Positions 15,540-25,863 of a stretch of DNA of 39,207 nucleotides are shown piece after piece. The position numbers and the translations under genes are program-made. The stretch's first letter is position 1, and every line of letters starts with the position of its first letter. The DNA is from Patescibacteria group bacterium UBA4664 (lineage in GTDB: Bacteria; Patescibacteriota; Saccharimonadia; CAILAD01; BJGX01). The notes below the pieces were generated by a model. It ran no database searches. It was given only the letters and a program-made list of their open reading frames with translations, and was not told the origin of the DNA. The stretch is taken from assembly GCA_943354575.1 (NCBI GenBank), contig CALRCL010000003.1, positions 1-39,207 on the forward strand, in the 5' to 3' direction.

Positions 15540-18305
15540 CTATTTGAGATCCCCCCAGCTAGAGCCTTGGCGAACTTCTGCGACAATAGGAACCTCGAAC
15601 CGATGCACCCCCTCCATAGCCTGCTTGATAATCTCGGCGATTTTATCAGCATCTGCCTTGGGACATTCGGCTATTAATTCGTCGTGAATTTGCAGTAGCA
15701 AGTTTGCTTGCTCTGGGGCCTTCTTGCCCTCATTAAAATGCTCTAGTCTGTTGGCTATGTCGACCATTGCTAGCTTCATCATATCGGCCGCTGTACCCTG
15801 GAGAGGCAGGTTGACTGCAGCTCGTTCGGCAGAGGCACGAACTATAAAATTGCTAGAGCTAACATCTGGGCATGGGCGGCGGCGTCCAAAATATGTTTCG
15901 GTGTAGCCTTCGTCATGGGCAAACTTCTTAATACTAGCGATGTATGCAGCAACGCCTTTGCGCAACCCAAAGTAGCTGTCTATAAACTCTCGGGCTTTAT
16001 CGTAATCGAAACCCGTAGCAACTGATAGCCCGTGGGGGTTCATACCGTACAGTACTCCAAAATTGATGGTCTTGGCGGCGTAGCGCATTTCTTTGGTTAC
16101 TTTTGCTGGCGCAACGCCAAACATTTCGGCAGCGGTTAGTGTGTGGATGTCAGCCCCGCTCTTAAAATCGTTGATCATTGGCTGGTCTTTAGCTAACTCG
16201 GCAGCTAGGCGCAATTCTATTTGGCTATAATCGGCCGAAACCAGCACCTTGCCTGGGCTTGCCACAAAAGCCTTTCGTATCTCTCGGCCCATCTCGCTGC
16301 GAATCGGTATATTCTGAAGGTTCGGATTAGTACTGCTGAGGCGTCCCGTCTGGGCAATAGTTTGGTTGTAGCTGGTATGGATGCGGCCGTCTGGCTTAAC
16401 TAGCTTTGGCAAAGCATCGACATAGGTACTGGCGAGTTTTGTTAGCTCTCGATACTCGAACATCATATCGACCAGCTCATGCTTGCCACGTAATTTTTCG
16501 AGCTCACTGGCAGCAGTACTAATGCCAGTCTTGGTTTTTTTAAGGCCTGCCGTTGGTATCTTGAGCTTTTCAAATAGCACAACCTGAAGCTGAGCCGGCG
16601 AGCTAATGTTGAATTCGCCGCCAGCAAGCTTCCAGATATCGGTTTGTAGCTGGCTGATTTTTGAAGCGTACTGAACCGATAGTTTATTCAAGAAATTCGA
16701 GTCTAGCTCGACCCCGCAATACTCCATATCGCCAAGCACCGCAATTAGCGGCCACTCCATTTGTTCGGCAAGTTCGGAAAGTCGCCCGATTGCCTTCAGG
16801 GCTTTTTGCAACTTCAGGTACAATCGCCAGCTAATATCGGCGTCCTCGGCGGCATACTGGCCAGCCTCTTTAATGGGAACTGCGTCAAAAGTTCGTTGGT
16901 TTTTGCCTTTTGGTCCAATCAGCTCCTCGATACCTATCATTGATATTCCGAGCTCATTATAGGCCAGCTGACTGAGGCTCTGGGCCCGGCCGATGGGGTT
17001 TATAAGATAAGCTGCGACCATCGTATCGAAAACAATCGGCCCGAGTCGCAGATCGTTAAACGGGCGCATCATAACATAATCGTATTTGATATTGTGCCCG
17101 ACCTTGCCAATTTTATCGTCTTCTAGGATAGGGCCAATCAGCTCTACAAACTTGCCGTAGTCGATTTCGGTTTTCTCGGCGTGGGCGAGCGGCACATAGT
17201 ACGCCTCGCCGGCCTTGAAGCTAAAAGATGCACCTACTAACTCGGCGTCGATTTGGTCGGTACTGGTGGTCTCGGTATCAAAAGCAAAGTCTTTTTGCTG
17301 AGACAGCAGCTTGGCTAAGTCCTGCAGCTCGGAAACTTTTGTGATGAGCTGGTACTTGGCATCTTTGAGGTGTTGGCGGTTAAACTCTGCGGCGTCATTT
17401 TTGTGTTCATCAAAGGCTTCGGTTTGGTCGTCCGTGACTTTTTTATTCGGCAGTTTGGCCAGCAGGCTCTTGAACTCGAGCTGATGAAAAAGGTCGTAGA
17501 CACTTTTCTTGTCGTACTCGTGTATAACTGCGTCTTTGAGGTCAAAATCGAGCTTCAGATCGAGCTTGATGGTCGATAACTCTTGGCTCATATAGGCACT
17601 ATCTTTACCGAGCGTCAGCTTTTTGGCTACTGCAGGCTTTATATTATTAAGGTTTTCATAAATGGTGTCTAGGTCGTGATACTCCCTAACCAGCTCGGTG
17701 GCGGTCTTGTCGCCGATACCAGAAACGCCCGGGATATTGTCGCTAGTATCGCCCTTGAGTGCCTTATATACAATAAACTCTTTGGGGTTAACGCCATACT
17801 TGTCGATGACGGCTTGGGTATCATAAATAAAGGTATCGCTAAAACCCTTGCGCATCGTAAATACCGTTGTGCCGTCACTTACCAGCTGAAGCTCATCCAT
17901 ATCGCCCGTCACTACTACGACATCGACCTGGTCCTGGTACTGTGCACTGAGTGAGCCAATGATATCGTCGGCTTCAAAGCCAGGCATCTCCAAGAGCGGA
18001 ATATTGAAGGCCGCAACCACAGCCTTGGTTGTTGGGAACTGATCGTAGAGTTCTTGATCGGCCTTTTTGCGGGTGGCCTTGTATTGGTCGTACTGGTCGT
18101 GTCGAAAAGTTTTGCCTGGCGCGTCCCAGGCCACAGCGACGTAATCTGGCTTGAGCTCACGCAACGCCAAGAGCATCATCATCGTAAAGCCATACACCGC
18201 GTTGGTCGGAGTACCATCTTTGGTCGTCAAGTGCGGAATTGCATGGTAGCCCCTATGGACTAAGGCATGGCCGTCGAATACAACTAGTTTTTTGCGTTTG
18301 TTCAT
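15540..18305 (-). CDS. polA: DNA polymerase I
   Basis: 5'-3' exonuclease (EADDIIG, GDTSDNIPGV), intact 3'-5' exonuclease motifs (FDTET, HNIKYD, YAAEDAD), polymerase motifs (ADYSQIELR, AKTINFG..YG, QIHDE). Confidence 0.98.
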   Translation of the reverse strand: MNKRKKLVVFDGHALVHRGYHAIPHLTTKDGTPTNAVYGFTMMMLLALRELKPDYVAVAWDAPGKTFRHDQYDQYKATRKKADQELYDQFPTTKAVVAAFNIPLLEMPGFEADDIIGSLSAQYQDQVDVVVVTGDMDELQLVSDGTTVFTMRKGFSDTFIYDTQAVIDKYGVNPKEFIVYKALKGDTSDNIPGVSGIGDKTATELVREYHDLDTIYENLNNIKPAVAKKLTLGKDSAYMSQELSTIKLDLKLDFDLKDAVIHEYDKKSVYDLFHQLEFKSLLAKLPNKKVTDDQTEAFDEHKNDAAEFNRQHLKDAKYQLITKVSELQDLAKLLSQQKDFAFDTETTSTDQIDAELVGASFSFKAGEAYYVPLAHAEKTEIDYGKFVELIGPILEDDKIGKVGHNIKYDYVMMRPFNDLRLGPIVFDTMVAAYLINPIGRAQSLSQLAYNELGISMIGIEELIGPKGKNQRTFDAVPIKEAGQYAAEDADISWRLYLKLQKALKAIGRLSELAEQMEWPLIAVLGDMEYCGVELDSNFLNKLSVQYASKISQLQTDIWKLAGGEFNISSPAQLQVVLFEKLKIPTAGLKKTKTGISTAASELEKLRGKHELVDMMFEYRELTKLASTYVDALPKLVKPDGRIHTSYNQTIAQTGRLSSTNPNLQNIPIRSEMGREIRKAFVASPGKVLVSADYSQIELRLAAELAKDQPMINDFKSGADIHTLTAAEMFGVAPAKVTKEMRYAAKTINFGVLYGMNPHGLSVATGFDYDKAREFIDSYFGLRKGVAAYIASIKKFAHDEGYTETYFGRRRPCPDVSSSNFIVRASAERAAVNLPLQGTAADMMKLAMVDIANRLEHFNEGKKAPEQANLLLQIHDELIAECPKADADKIAEIIKQAMEGVHRFEVPIVAEVRQGSSWGDLK

Positions 18306-18375
18306 ACTTAAAATTATACACCTTATCTTATCAGCAAATTAGCAAAATATAACGCTGATGTGCTTTAATGTAACT

Positions 18376-18693
18376 ATGAGTGAAAAATCATTCCCACATG
18401 AAGCCGATGATTTCCCCAGGAATAGAGCTTTCTATGCAGAAAGTCTTAAGGACGATATAAAAAAAGAAACCAATCAGCACCTACCTGACCCAGGCGAAGA
18501 AACAGGTAAGCCAGGAGATTTGGGTGGTGGATACAATAGTCTAAACGAGGGCCAAATTACCCCTCCGCCAACCGTAAATCGTTACTGGCCCAACCAAGAG
18601 CAAAGAGCTGCTGGCCGAGAAGGCATCAAGAGGTCTCGTGAAGCACTCAAGCGACCTAAAGACCCTGAAGCTACTACCGAAGATCCTAGCTAA
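18376..18693 (+). CDS. Hypothetical hydrophilic, probably disordered protein (about 105 aa)
   Basis: The ORF fills the polA-rpoD gap. TGcTTTAAT 6 nt before ATG 18376 suggests that start rather than 18358. Its stop overlaps the rpoD stop. Confidence 0.65.
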   Translation: MSEKSFPHEADDFPRNRAFYAESLKDDIKKETNQHLPDPGEETGKPGDLGGGYNSLNEGQITPPPTVNRYWPNQEQRAAGREGIKRSREALKRPKDPEATTEDPS

Positions 18694-19795
18694 TGTAGTC
18701 TCTGAGTCGTTTGCTGTCTTTGTGCTTGCGCAGCTTAGTGAGGGCTTTGGCTTCGATTTGGCGGATTCGCTCTCTGGTTACACCAAACTCCTGCCCGACT
18801 TCTTCGAGTGTGTGGCTTCGGCCGTCTTCAAGACCAAAACGCATGCGCAGTATCTTTTGCTCGCGTGGCGTGAGGAGCTCGAGGGTATCGTCGATGTGCT
18901 CTTTGAGCAGCTCGTAGGTAGCGGCTTCTTCTGGGCTGACGGTATCTTCGTCTTGAATAAAGTCACCCAAACTAGAATCTTCGTCTTCACCAACTGCGGC
19001 ATCAAGGCTGGTGGTGTCTTGGGATATTTTAAGAATATGGTTTACTTTATCGACATCGATTTCCATTTCTGCAGCTAGCTCCTCTGGTAGTGGCTCGCGA
19101 CCTAGCTCTTGAGTAAGTCGACGCTGGGTACGGATAAGTTTGTTGATTGTCTCAACCATATGGACAGGAATTCTGATGACCCTGGCTTGGTCGGCGATAG
19201 CGCGGGTGATGGCTTGGCGAATCCACCAAGTAGCGTAGGTACTAAACTTAAAACCTTTGTGATAATCAAATTTTTCGACGGCTCGGAGCAGGCCTGTGTT
19301 GCCCTCTTGGATGAGGTCGAGTAGGTCTAGCCCTCGGCCAATGTATTTTTTGGCGATACTAACCACGAGACGCATATTGGCTTCAGCCAGAGCGTCCTTG
19401 GCAGCTTTATCGCCCTTTTCGATTCTTTTGGCGAGCGATACTTCTTCGTCGGCGGTGATGAGTGATATTTTGCCAATTTCGCGCAAATACAAACGCACTG
19501 AATCGTCGGCGATATCCTTGATGTTGGCTTCGCTGGTGGCGTTTTCGACATCTTCCTCTGGCTCTGTCTCCCAAAGCTTATCTTTTTGGTCGGTAACTTC
19601 AATGCCTTTATCGATGAGTTGCGAATACAAGTCGTCGAGCAAATCGACGCTGTCTTCGGCCTCGGGAATAGTGGCCTGGATTTCTTGCTGGGTCACAAAG
19701 CCCTGCTGTCGTCCTTTGACGATTAGCTTTTCAATTGCTTCACTAAAATCATTTGTTAGTTTTGGCTCAGGAGTAGATTTGGCTTTTCTAGGCAT
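18686..19795 (-). CDS. rpoD: Primary sigma factor RpoD/SigA
   Basis: [91 protein letters not shown]. Confidence 0.98.
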   Translation of the reverse strand: MPRKAKSTPEPKLTNDFSEAIEKLIVKGRQQGFVTQQEIQATIPEAEDSVDLLDDLYSQLIDKGIEVTDQKDKLWETEPEEDVENATSEANIKDIADDSVRLYLREIGKISLITADEEVSLAKRIEKGDKAAKDALAEANMRLVVSIAKKYIGRGLDLLDLIQEGNTGLLRAVEKFDYHKGFKFSTYATWWIRQAITRAIADQARVIRIPVHMVETINKLIRTQRRLTQELGREPLPEELAAEMEIDVDKVNHILKISQDTTSLDAAVGEDEDSSLGDFIQDEDTVSPEEAATYELLKEHIDDTLELLTPREQKILRMRFGLEDGRSHTLEEVGQEFGVTRERIRQIEAKALTKLRKHKDSKRLRDYIS

Positions 19796-19802
19796 GTAGT
19801 TA

Positions 19803-21587
19803 TTAATCCTCGTTTAATAGTGCTTGATAATCTCTTAGTAGCTGTTTTGTTTTTTTGGTGTCTCCAGAGGCCTCGGCTTCTGATAGCTGTCGGGCCAATT
19901 GGTGTTTGGCGTTTTGTCTGTTGATTTCTTGGATCCTAGCAACCTGGGTGAAGGCTTCGAGCCTAATGTCGTGCGCCGTCAAATCGGCGTAATTTTGTTC
20001 ACCTCTTAATGAAAGAATTTTAACATAATTTTCCTCTTTAGGCAATGCCTTTAGGATCGTCGCGAACTTTGCTTTCGGTGATTTTTTGATAACCTTGAAT
20101 ATCCTACGGTGCAGCTCCGAGGACTGATCCAAATCTAGGTCGTCAAGTGATGAGATGTTTTCAGGGAAAGCCAAGCAGAGTTCTAGCAGTATTTGCTCGA
20201 GCTTTTCTTGTCGGGTCAGCTTTCGTTTTTCTGATGGGCTTTTACTTGGGTCGGCTTGCGAGTCGCTATCAGGCTGGAGCTCTGGGTTGGGCTGTGAGTA
20301 GGCCGAGGTAGCTGTCTGGGTCTTGGCTAAAACCAATTTGCTAATACTGTCTTCGGTGGTATCTAGCAATTGAGCGACTACTTTAGTGTAATGTTGGTTT
20401 TCGATATCATCATGCAAGCTCAAGAGCATCGGTGTAATAAATTTAATAAACTGCTTCTTGCCAGGCGCTGTGGTGGTGCCATATCTACTCTTAGCGATTT
20501 CTACTAGGTAGTCTGGGGCGTACTTGGCACCCTCAACCGCCTTCTGCCATTCGGACTTACCTTTTTTGAGAAGTTCATCGGGATCTTTTGCGCCCTTGAG
20601 GCTGATGATATCGATTTTGACATCCATCGTGGCTGCGATATCGATGGCCCGAAGCGTTGCAGCAATACCAGCCTCATCGCTATCGAAGCAAAAAGCAATA
20701 TTGCCAGTTAGGCGGGCTAGCTGTTTTAATTGCAGTTGAGTTAGTGCTGTGCCGCTACTCGCCACGACATTACCAAAGCCAGCATTAGACAGTGCCACAA
20801 CATCCATATTGCCCTCTACCACAACGGCCAGGTCGGCCTGCCTGATGGCTTCCTTGGCCTGAGCCAGTCCATAAATGGCCTCACTCTTGTTGTAAATGGG
20901 CGTTTGGGGGGTATTAATATATTTGGCAGTTTTTTCGTTGCCGAGTATTCTGGCGCTAAACCCCACCACCCGAGCTTGGGCATCGAAAACCGGAAACATC
21001 ACGCGGGCCCTAAAAAGATCGTAGGCACCTTTGCCCTGCTTGCCCTCGACGCATAAACCCGCGGCAATCAGGTCTTCAACCTTGAAACCTTTTTTGGTCA
21101 AATAGTTTGTAAGCGATTCCCAGCTATCAGGCGAGTAACCTAGCTTATAATTCTTGATGGTTGCCGAGCTCAATCCTCTGGTTTTAATGAAGTACTCCTT
21201 TGCCTTCTCGTTTTTAGATAAGGACAAATGAAAGTATGCCATAGCCGACTGGCAAGCATCGTAGAGCTTGGTCTTATGGCTGGCGTTGGTTTGGTTCGAT
21301 CCAGATCTGGGCGTCAGCTTGACTCCAGCTCGCTTGGCGAGCATCTCGAGGGCTTCAGGAAAACTCAAGGCCTCCATCTCCATGACAAAACTAATAACAT
21401 CGCCGCCCTTGCCCGAACTAAAGTCGTGCCAGATATTTTTGTCAGGGCTAACAATAAAGGATGGTGTTTTTTCGGTCTTAAAGGGGCTAAGGCCCTTAAA
21501 GCTCTTGCCGGTTTGCTTTAATGGCACATAGCCACTTATGACATCGACTATGTCGAGGCGCGATTTGACTTCATCTACATCATTCAT
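19803..21587 (-). CDS. dnaG: DNA primase
   Basis: [41 protein letters not shown] and [13 protein letters not shown]; directly upstream of rpoD. Confidence 0.97.
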   Translation of the reverse strand: MNDVDEVKSRLDIVDVISGYVPLKQTGKSFKGLSPFKTEKTPSFIVSPDKNIWHDFSSGKGGDVISFVMEMEALSFPEALEMLAKRAGVKLTPRSGSNQTNASHKTKLYDACQSAMAYFHLSLSKNEKAKEYFIKTRGLSSATIKNYKLGYSPDSWESLTNYLTKKGFKVEDLIAAGLCVEGKQGKGAYDLFRARVMFPVFDAQARVVGFSARILGNEKTAKYINTPQTPIYNKSEAIYGLAQAKEAIRQADLAVVVEGNMDVVALSNAGFGNVVASSGTALTQLQLKQLARLTGNIAFCFDSDEAGIAATLRAIDIAATMDVKIDIISLKGAKDPDELLKKGKSEWQKAVEGAKYAPDYLVEIAKSRYGTTTAPGKKQFIKFITPMLLSLHDDIENQHYTKVVAQLLDTTEDSISKLVLAKTQTATSAYSQPNPELQPDSDSQADPSKSPSEKRKLTRQEKLEQILLELCLAFPENISSLDDLDLDQSSELHRRIFKVIKKSPKAKFATILKALPKEENYVKILSLRGEQNYADLTAHDIRLEAFTQVARIQEINRQNAKHQLARQLSEAEASGDTKKTKQLLRDYQALLNED

Positions 21588-21598
21588 ATATCTATTAT

Positions 21599-21627
21599 AG
21601 TCTTACACCGCCGTTATAAAAGCAAAC
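21599..21627. repeat. 29-bp direct repeat, copy 1
   Basis: AGTCTTACACCGCCGTTATAAAAGCAAAC; 27/29 identical to 23696-23724. Confidence 0.9.
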
Positions 21628-21716
21628 CCAATATCTGACAATCGTACACTTGAAGGTTAATATTTATTCTATTGATGGCTACAAAATTATGAAATAATTG
21701 CAAAATAAATTGTCAA

Positions 21717-23660
21717 CTACCTAGTGTTCTCTAATTTATCGAGCAGACCCACAGCAGTTTGATTGCTACTATTTAAGGCTAACGCCTTTTTCAAGCTTTC
21801 TATGGCTTTCGGGTTGTCTCCATTGGCTATCAGCAAGATAGCTCGGAGTGTTAATATGTTAGAAATTTGAGCGACAAGATTGGGTCTAAGGGGTGCCTTG
21901 GCGCGGATTGTAGCATCATCATAATTCGTCAATATCCTATCGCTAAGCTCAAGTGCCTTTTGGGATTCATTATTGCGGGAAAGGAACCCGATATAGCTGA
22001 CATATATATCCAAATTATTAAACTGCGAACGACTCAAGGCTAGCTCGTAATTCTGACGGGCAGCTGAATGGTCTCCTTTGATATCGTAGATTTTAGCTAG
22101 TAGCAAATAGTTTTGATTATCAAATGGGTCAGCACTAATAGCTTTTTCGGTTAGCTTCCTGGCAGCTTCTAGTCTTTCAGCGCGTGCAGCTTGGTCACCA
22201 TTGACTGCCTCATTAATTAGATCGGCCGCTTGCATACCAATGATATCAGGGCTATAGAGTAGGGTACCGCTTGCGGCCAATAAGGATTTAGTGCGGTCTT
22301 CAGATGTGAAGCCGGTATATTCAGTTACTAAGTCTAGATTCATTTTAGATAAAAAATAATTAAAAGATAATAGGCTTGCCGCTATTATTAAAAATGCAGC
22401 TAGACCATAAAATACATACTTCAGCTTAGCTAATATAGGAAGTTGATTTTTAGACAACTCGAGATTGTCATCCGACGCGATGGATACTATACCCAGAAGA
22501 ATGAGTACTAAAAACAATATTGCCGGGTAAATAAAGTCTGTGCTGAAAAAAGCGTGTGCCAGTACGGCTAAAATACCAACTCCAGGGATTAGAACGTTGT
22601 TTTTGTCTCGATTTTTTATAATTGAAGTCAGCAAATAGAGTATAGCCAAGGACAATAATCCAAACCCCACAAGACCTGCTTCGGAGAAAACCTTGAGAAA
22701 GATGTTGTGCGGATCGTTTGTCTCGGCCATAGCATTGAGCTGGTAGCTTTGATAAATAGATCTAAAGGTGCCATAGCCAGTGCCCAACACAGGATAGTCT
22801 TTTATGATATTTAGGGTGCCAGACCAATAGCTTTCTCTATCGGAAAGGCTATTGCCAAGTGTTTCCTGAACCTGCTTACTGGTGTTGGTTGTATTGATAT
22901 TGATATTATTTTTAAATACCACAGATCTTATAAAATAAAGTGTCGACGCTAGAAGTATTGAAAGGACTAGCACTTTCAGCAGGCAAAGAATCCACTTTTT
23001 CTTTTCTTTGACTAATATGACAAGCAGAACAAGGCACGGAATAAAAATGACGTAGGCGCTTCTTGAGAAAGTTAGCCAGAAGCCAGCAGACAATACTGCA
23101 GCAGCCACCAAATAGTAGCTCCTGGCGCGACCTTTTGCCTGTGAATATCTATAAACAGTATAAATTATTACTGGCATCAAATATGCTGCCGTGGCATTCG
23201 GCCAGTATAGTAATGTCACAAACCTGCCATCTACGCTGTTTAGCATGTACTCTCCGATGCCCCATATTACAGTCGCTAGCGTAGAGCCAATCCATAGTAT
23301 CTGCCAAAGGTGATAGAGTTTTTCGTCGCATAAAAATTTGCGGGTTACTTCATATAGCAACCCGCCAACAATCAGCAATGTCACCCCTAGTGTAGTATCG
23401 AATCTACTTATGGACCACAAGTATGACATAGCCAGCCAAATACCCAGGGACAAAAGTAGCAACGACAATTTGTTAATGCTCGGTTGAACCTCTTTCTTAC
23501 TCTGATACAAGCAAATACCTAGCACCATAAGACTGGCTGAATATACAATATAGGCGACCCAATCTAATCCACCTGTCATCCAACTACAAGACAAGAATAG
23601 GATACCAGTTAGTGCCAATATTTGATTAAGGGCAAACTTAGTACTTTTAAAATCATGCAT
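21717..23660 (-). CDS. O-antigen ligase/Wzy_C-family membrane glycosyltransferase with C-terminal TPR repeats
   Basis: About 12 TM segments, YWPN..A.YL, LTFSRSAY, R..YW......I.DYPVLGTGYGTF, DPHNIFL...SEAGLVG; TPR-like KAISADPFD..NYLLLA.IY...GD...A...YE.AL. Confidence 0.85.
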   Translation of the reverse strand: MHDFKSTKFALNQILALTGILFLSCSWMTGGLDWVAYIVYSASLMVLGICLYQSKKEVQPSINKLSLLLLSLGIWLAMSYLWSISRFDTTLGVTLLIVGGLLYEVTRKFLCDEKLYHLWQILWIGSTLATVIWGIGEYMLNSVDGRFVTLLYWPNATAAYLMPVIIYTVYRYSQAKGRARSYYLVAAAVLSAGFWLTFSRSAYVIFIPCLVLLVILVKEKKKWILCLLKVLVLSILLASTLYFIRSVVFKNNININTTNTSKQVQETLGNSLSDRESYWSGTLNIIKDYPVLGTGYGTFRSIYQSYQLNAMAETNDPHNIFLKVFSEAGLVGFGLLSLAILYLLTSIIKNRDKNNVLIPGVGILAVLAHAFFSTDFIYPAILFLVLILLGIVSIASDDNLELSKNQLPILAKLKYVFYGLAAFLIIAASLLSFNYFLSKMNLDLVTEYTGFTSEDRTKSLLAASGTLLYSPDIIGMQAADLINEAVNGDQAARAERLEAARKLTEKAISADPFDNQNYLLLAKIYDIKGDHSAARQNYELALSRSQFNNLDIYVSYIGFLSRNNESQKALELSDRILTNYDDATIRAKAPLRPNLVAQISNILTLRAILLIANGDNPKAIESLKKALALNSSNQTAVGLLDKLENTR

Positions 23661-23695
23661 TATTAGTATATTATCATCTGGTCTTATGCTTCACA

Positions 23696-23724
23696 AGTCT
23701 TGCACTGCCGTTATAAAAGCAAAC
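23696..23724. repeat. 29-bp direct repeat, copy 2
   Basis: AGTCTTGCACTGCCGTTATAAAAGCAAAC. Confidence 0.9.
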
Positions 23725-23726
23725 TT

Positions 23727-23764
23727 AAAATAAATAAGTTCAGCTCAATGGTTGAGCCGAACTT
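23727..23764 (-). terminator. Rho-independent terminator after the 193-aa gene
   Basis: Minus strand AAGTTCGGCTCAA-CCA-TTGAGCTGAACTT then ATTTATTTT; one G-U pair on this strand. Confidence 0.75.
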
Positions 23765-23775
23765 TATAAATAACC

Positions 23776-24357
23776 TTAATACTGCTGCTTAGTGACCGTA
23801 TATGGTAGGGCTATTAAGCCGTACTGGGTTCTGGCCTTACGAATCTCTTGATCTCGAGCATCGGCATGAGCCTCAACGCGGCGTTTATGTCGGATAGAAT
23901 CGATAAAGGCCAGGCTATCACTGAGGTCTTTTTTGGTAAAAGCTAGCTGGGTGTTATGACTTCTCGCGTAGTTATCAGCAACCTTACTATAAAGCTTGGT
24001 TCTGATAGTTGCGATTTCATCACGGCTGTAACTATCGACCATGTCCCACTGGGCGAGCCAGAGGTTAACAAAATCCAAACACTGAGTGGTTGGTCCAAAA
24101 TTCTGCCTAGGCTTTTTAACTTTTTTATTATTTAGATTTAGCAAGTAATCAACAGCCGAGCCTAGCTCGGCCTTAGTGAAACCAACCTGTCCAGTCGACA
24201 AATAGTTGCTTGCGACCTTCTTAGTCATAAAGCTCTTAATTACTGCCATCTCCAATGGGCTGTAGTTGGATGCCTCGGGCCAATTGGCTTCCCAGTTATC
24301 AAGGAAGCTATCGATGAGTCCTTCGGCGTCATTGAGTAGATTAGGTCTTTTTTTCAA
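23776..24357 (-). CDS. Hypothetical protein with an internally duplicated ~60-aa domain
   Basis: TTG start with AGAAAGG SD, its own terminator, and two copies of F..W...W.....YS..E...I......KVA.NY......FTK..L. Confidence 0.75.
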   Translation of the reverse strand: MKKRPNLLNDAEGLIDSFLDNWEANWPEASNYSPLEMAVIKSFMTKKVASNYLSTGQVGFTKAELGSAVDYLLNLNNKKVKKPRQNFGPTTQCLDFVNLWLAQWDMVDSYSRDEIATIRTKLYSKVADNYARSHNTQLAFTKKDLSDSLAFIDSIRHKRRVEAHADARDQEIRKARTQYGLIALPYTVTKQQY

Positions 24358-24439
24358 GGCTAGCCTTTCTGGTACGGCGCTACGATGCGCGTTTTACAAG
24401 ACTACTACTATGCCAAGAATTTATCAAGTACTGCCCTTG

Positions 24440-25729
24440 TTACTGCCAGCGCCAGGTATCGAGTACGTTTTTTGTAACTGTTTTGTCGAATTCGTCTTGG
24501 TAGGTCGTAGTAATAGCAACAACCGTGACAGTTTTGCCATCTTGCTGATAGTTTTTGCCCACCAATAGCAATGCTACTAGGGAGTAGGTTTTGCCATCAG
24601 TAGCTTTGTATATAACCTGCGTAGCATCGAGACCGTCGAGCTTGATAACATCTGTTGATAGTACTGTTACAGAGGCACTAGATATTGCTAAGTATTCATC
24701 AATCTTTTGATAAGGTTCTGTCTTGGTATCCACCGCAATTGTACTAATTGCTTTTTGGCCAAATGTAGAGGTGGCGAAAGTGCAGGTTTCATCTTTAGGC
24801 ACGGTATTGGGTACATAAAGGGCAAAGCTATAGCACTGTTTAGTGATAGTGGCATAGCCTTCAGGGGGAGTGGCAGGGCCAGAGGTTGGTGTTGGTGTAG
24901 GTACCGGTGTAGGTGTCGGTGCTGGTGCTGGGGTTGGAGTCGACTTTTTAGCGATTACTGTAAAGTAATAAACTCCGCCGCCGACTAAGGCGAGGCCCAA
25001 AACTACGCCAAGAATAATAAATAAAAGCTTTTTGCTCTTTTTTGGGGGCGGTCCATAGCTACCCATGGAATCTAGCCCAGCTGCTACAGGCGCAAGCTGA
25101 TCGGCGCCTGGTAGTGCGCCAGGCTGAGCGTAGCTCGGTGGCAATTCTGATGGAGCAGTTACTGGTTGATTATAGCTAACTGGCATCGAATCTGGAGGCA
25201 TTGCAGGCTGTGGCTCCATTGGCATACCAGGTGGGAGTGAGCCACCAGGTACATCTTCGACAGGTGGTGGGCTAGCGACTGGTGAGCTGGGCAAAACTGG
25301 CTGGGGTTCTGCTATGGGCTGCGTTTGAGGTTGCTCGGCAGGCATTGCGGCAGGTATCGGTGCTGTAGCAACATCTGGCATTGGCATATCTAGAGGGTTG
25401 GGCTGTACAGGAGCGGACGGCTCGATGGTTGCAGCAATTGGTGGCGCATATGGTGGCTGAGAGGGTGGTGTAGCTATTTCTGGAACAGCGACAGGAGCTA
25501 CTGGCAAAGTTTGGTCTGAAGTTTGGGCGCCTAGCATACTAGCATCAGCTTGGGCGTCCTGCTGCCAAGCGGGAGCTGACTGGGTTGGGCTGGCTTGGGG
25601 CTGAAAAGTCGTACCACCCATTAGCGGGCCTGAGGCGGCGGCAGGCTGACTGGCTGCACCGGCAACACCAGCGGCTGATGTATCGGTCTTGATTTGATCT
25701 ATCGGAAAGTCGTTGTCTTGTGGTTGCAT
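24440..25729 (-). CDS. Pro/Ala/Gln-rich single-pass membrane protein with PT linker and PsbP-like extracellular domain
   Basis: About 230-aa Pro-rich N-terminus, KKSKK followed by a TM, PTPAPAPTPTP linker, C-terminus ..LDGLDA....Y....F......LDTWRWQ typical of PsbP-like folds. Confidence 0.75.
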   Translation of the reverse strand: MQPQDNDFPIDQIKTDTSAAGVAGAASQPAAASGPLMGGTTFQPQASPTQSAPAWQQDAQADASMLGAQTSDQTLPVAPVAVPEIATPPSQPPYAPPIAATIEPSAPVQPNPLDMPMPDVATAPIPAAMPAEQPQTQPIAEPQPVLPSSPVASPPPVEDVPGGSLPPGMPMEPQPAMPPDSMPVSYNQPVTAPSELPPSYAQPGALPGADQLAPVAAGLDSMGSYGPPPKKSKKLLFIILGVVLGLALVGGGVYYFTVIAKKSTPTPAPAPTPTPVPTPTPTSGPATPPEGYATITKQCYSFALYVPNTVPKDETCTFATSTFGQKAISTIAVDTKTEPYQKIDEYLAISSASVTVLSTDVIKLDGLDATQVIYKATDGKTYSLVALLLVGKNYQQDGKTVTVVAITTTYQDEFDKTVTKNVLDTWRWQ

Positions 25730-25863
25730 AATTAGCTTTATTATATCTAAAAAATTTATAAAGTTCTAGTGCTTAGTCAATCAATGCACCTTTTTAATAC
25801 TATTTTTTTAGTAGATCAGTTAGAGTCTAATGTAATAAACTTTTTTTGAGCTATAATGTAAGT

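Noticed and set aside
24880-24940. GGTGT(A/T)-type hexamer repeats
   Set aside because: They encode the Pro-Thr linker of the membrane protein; not a CRISPR array or separate element.
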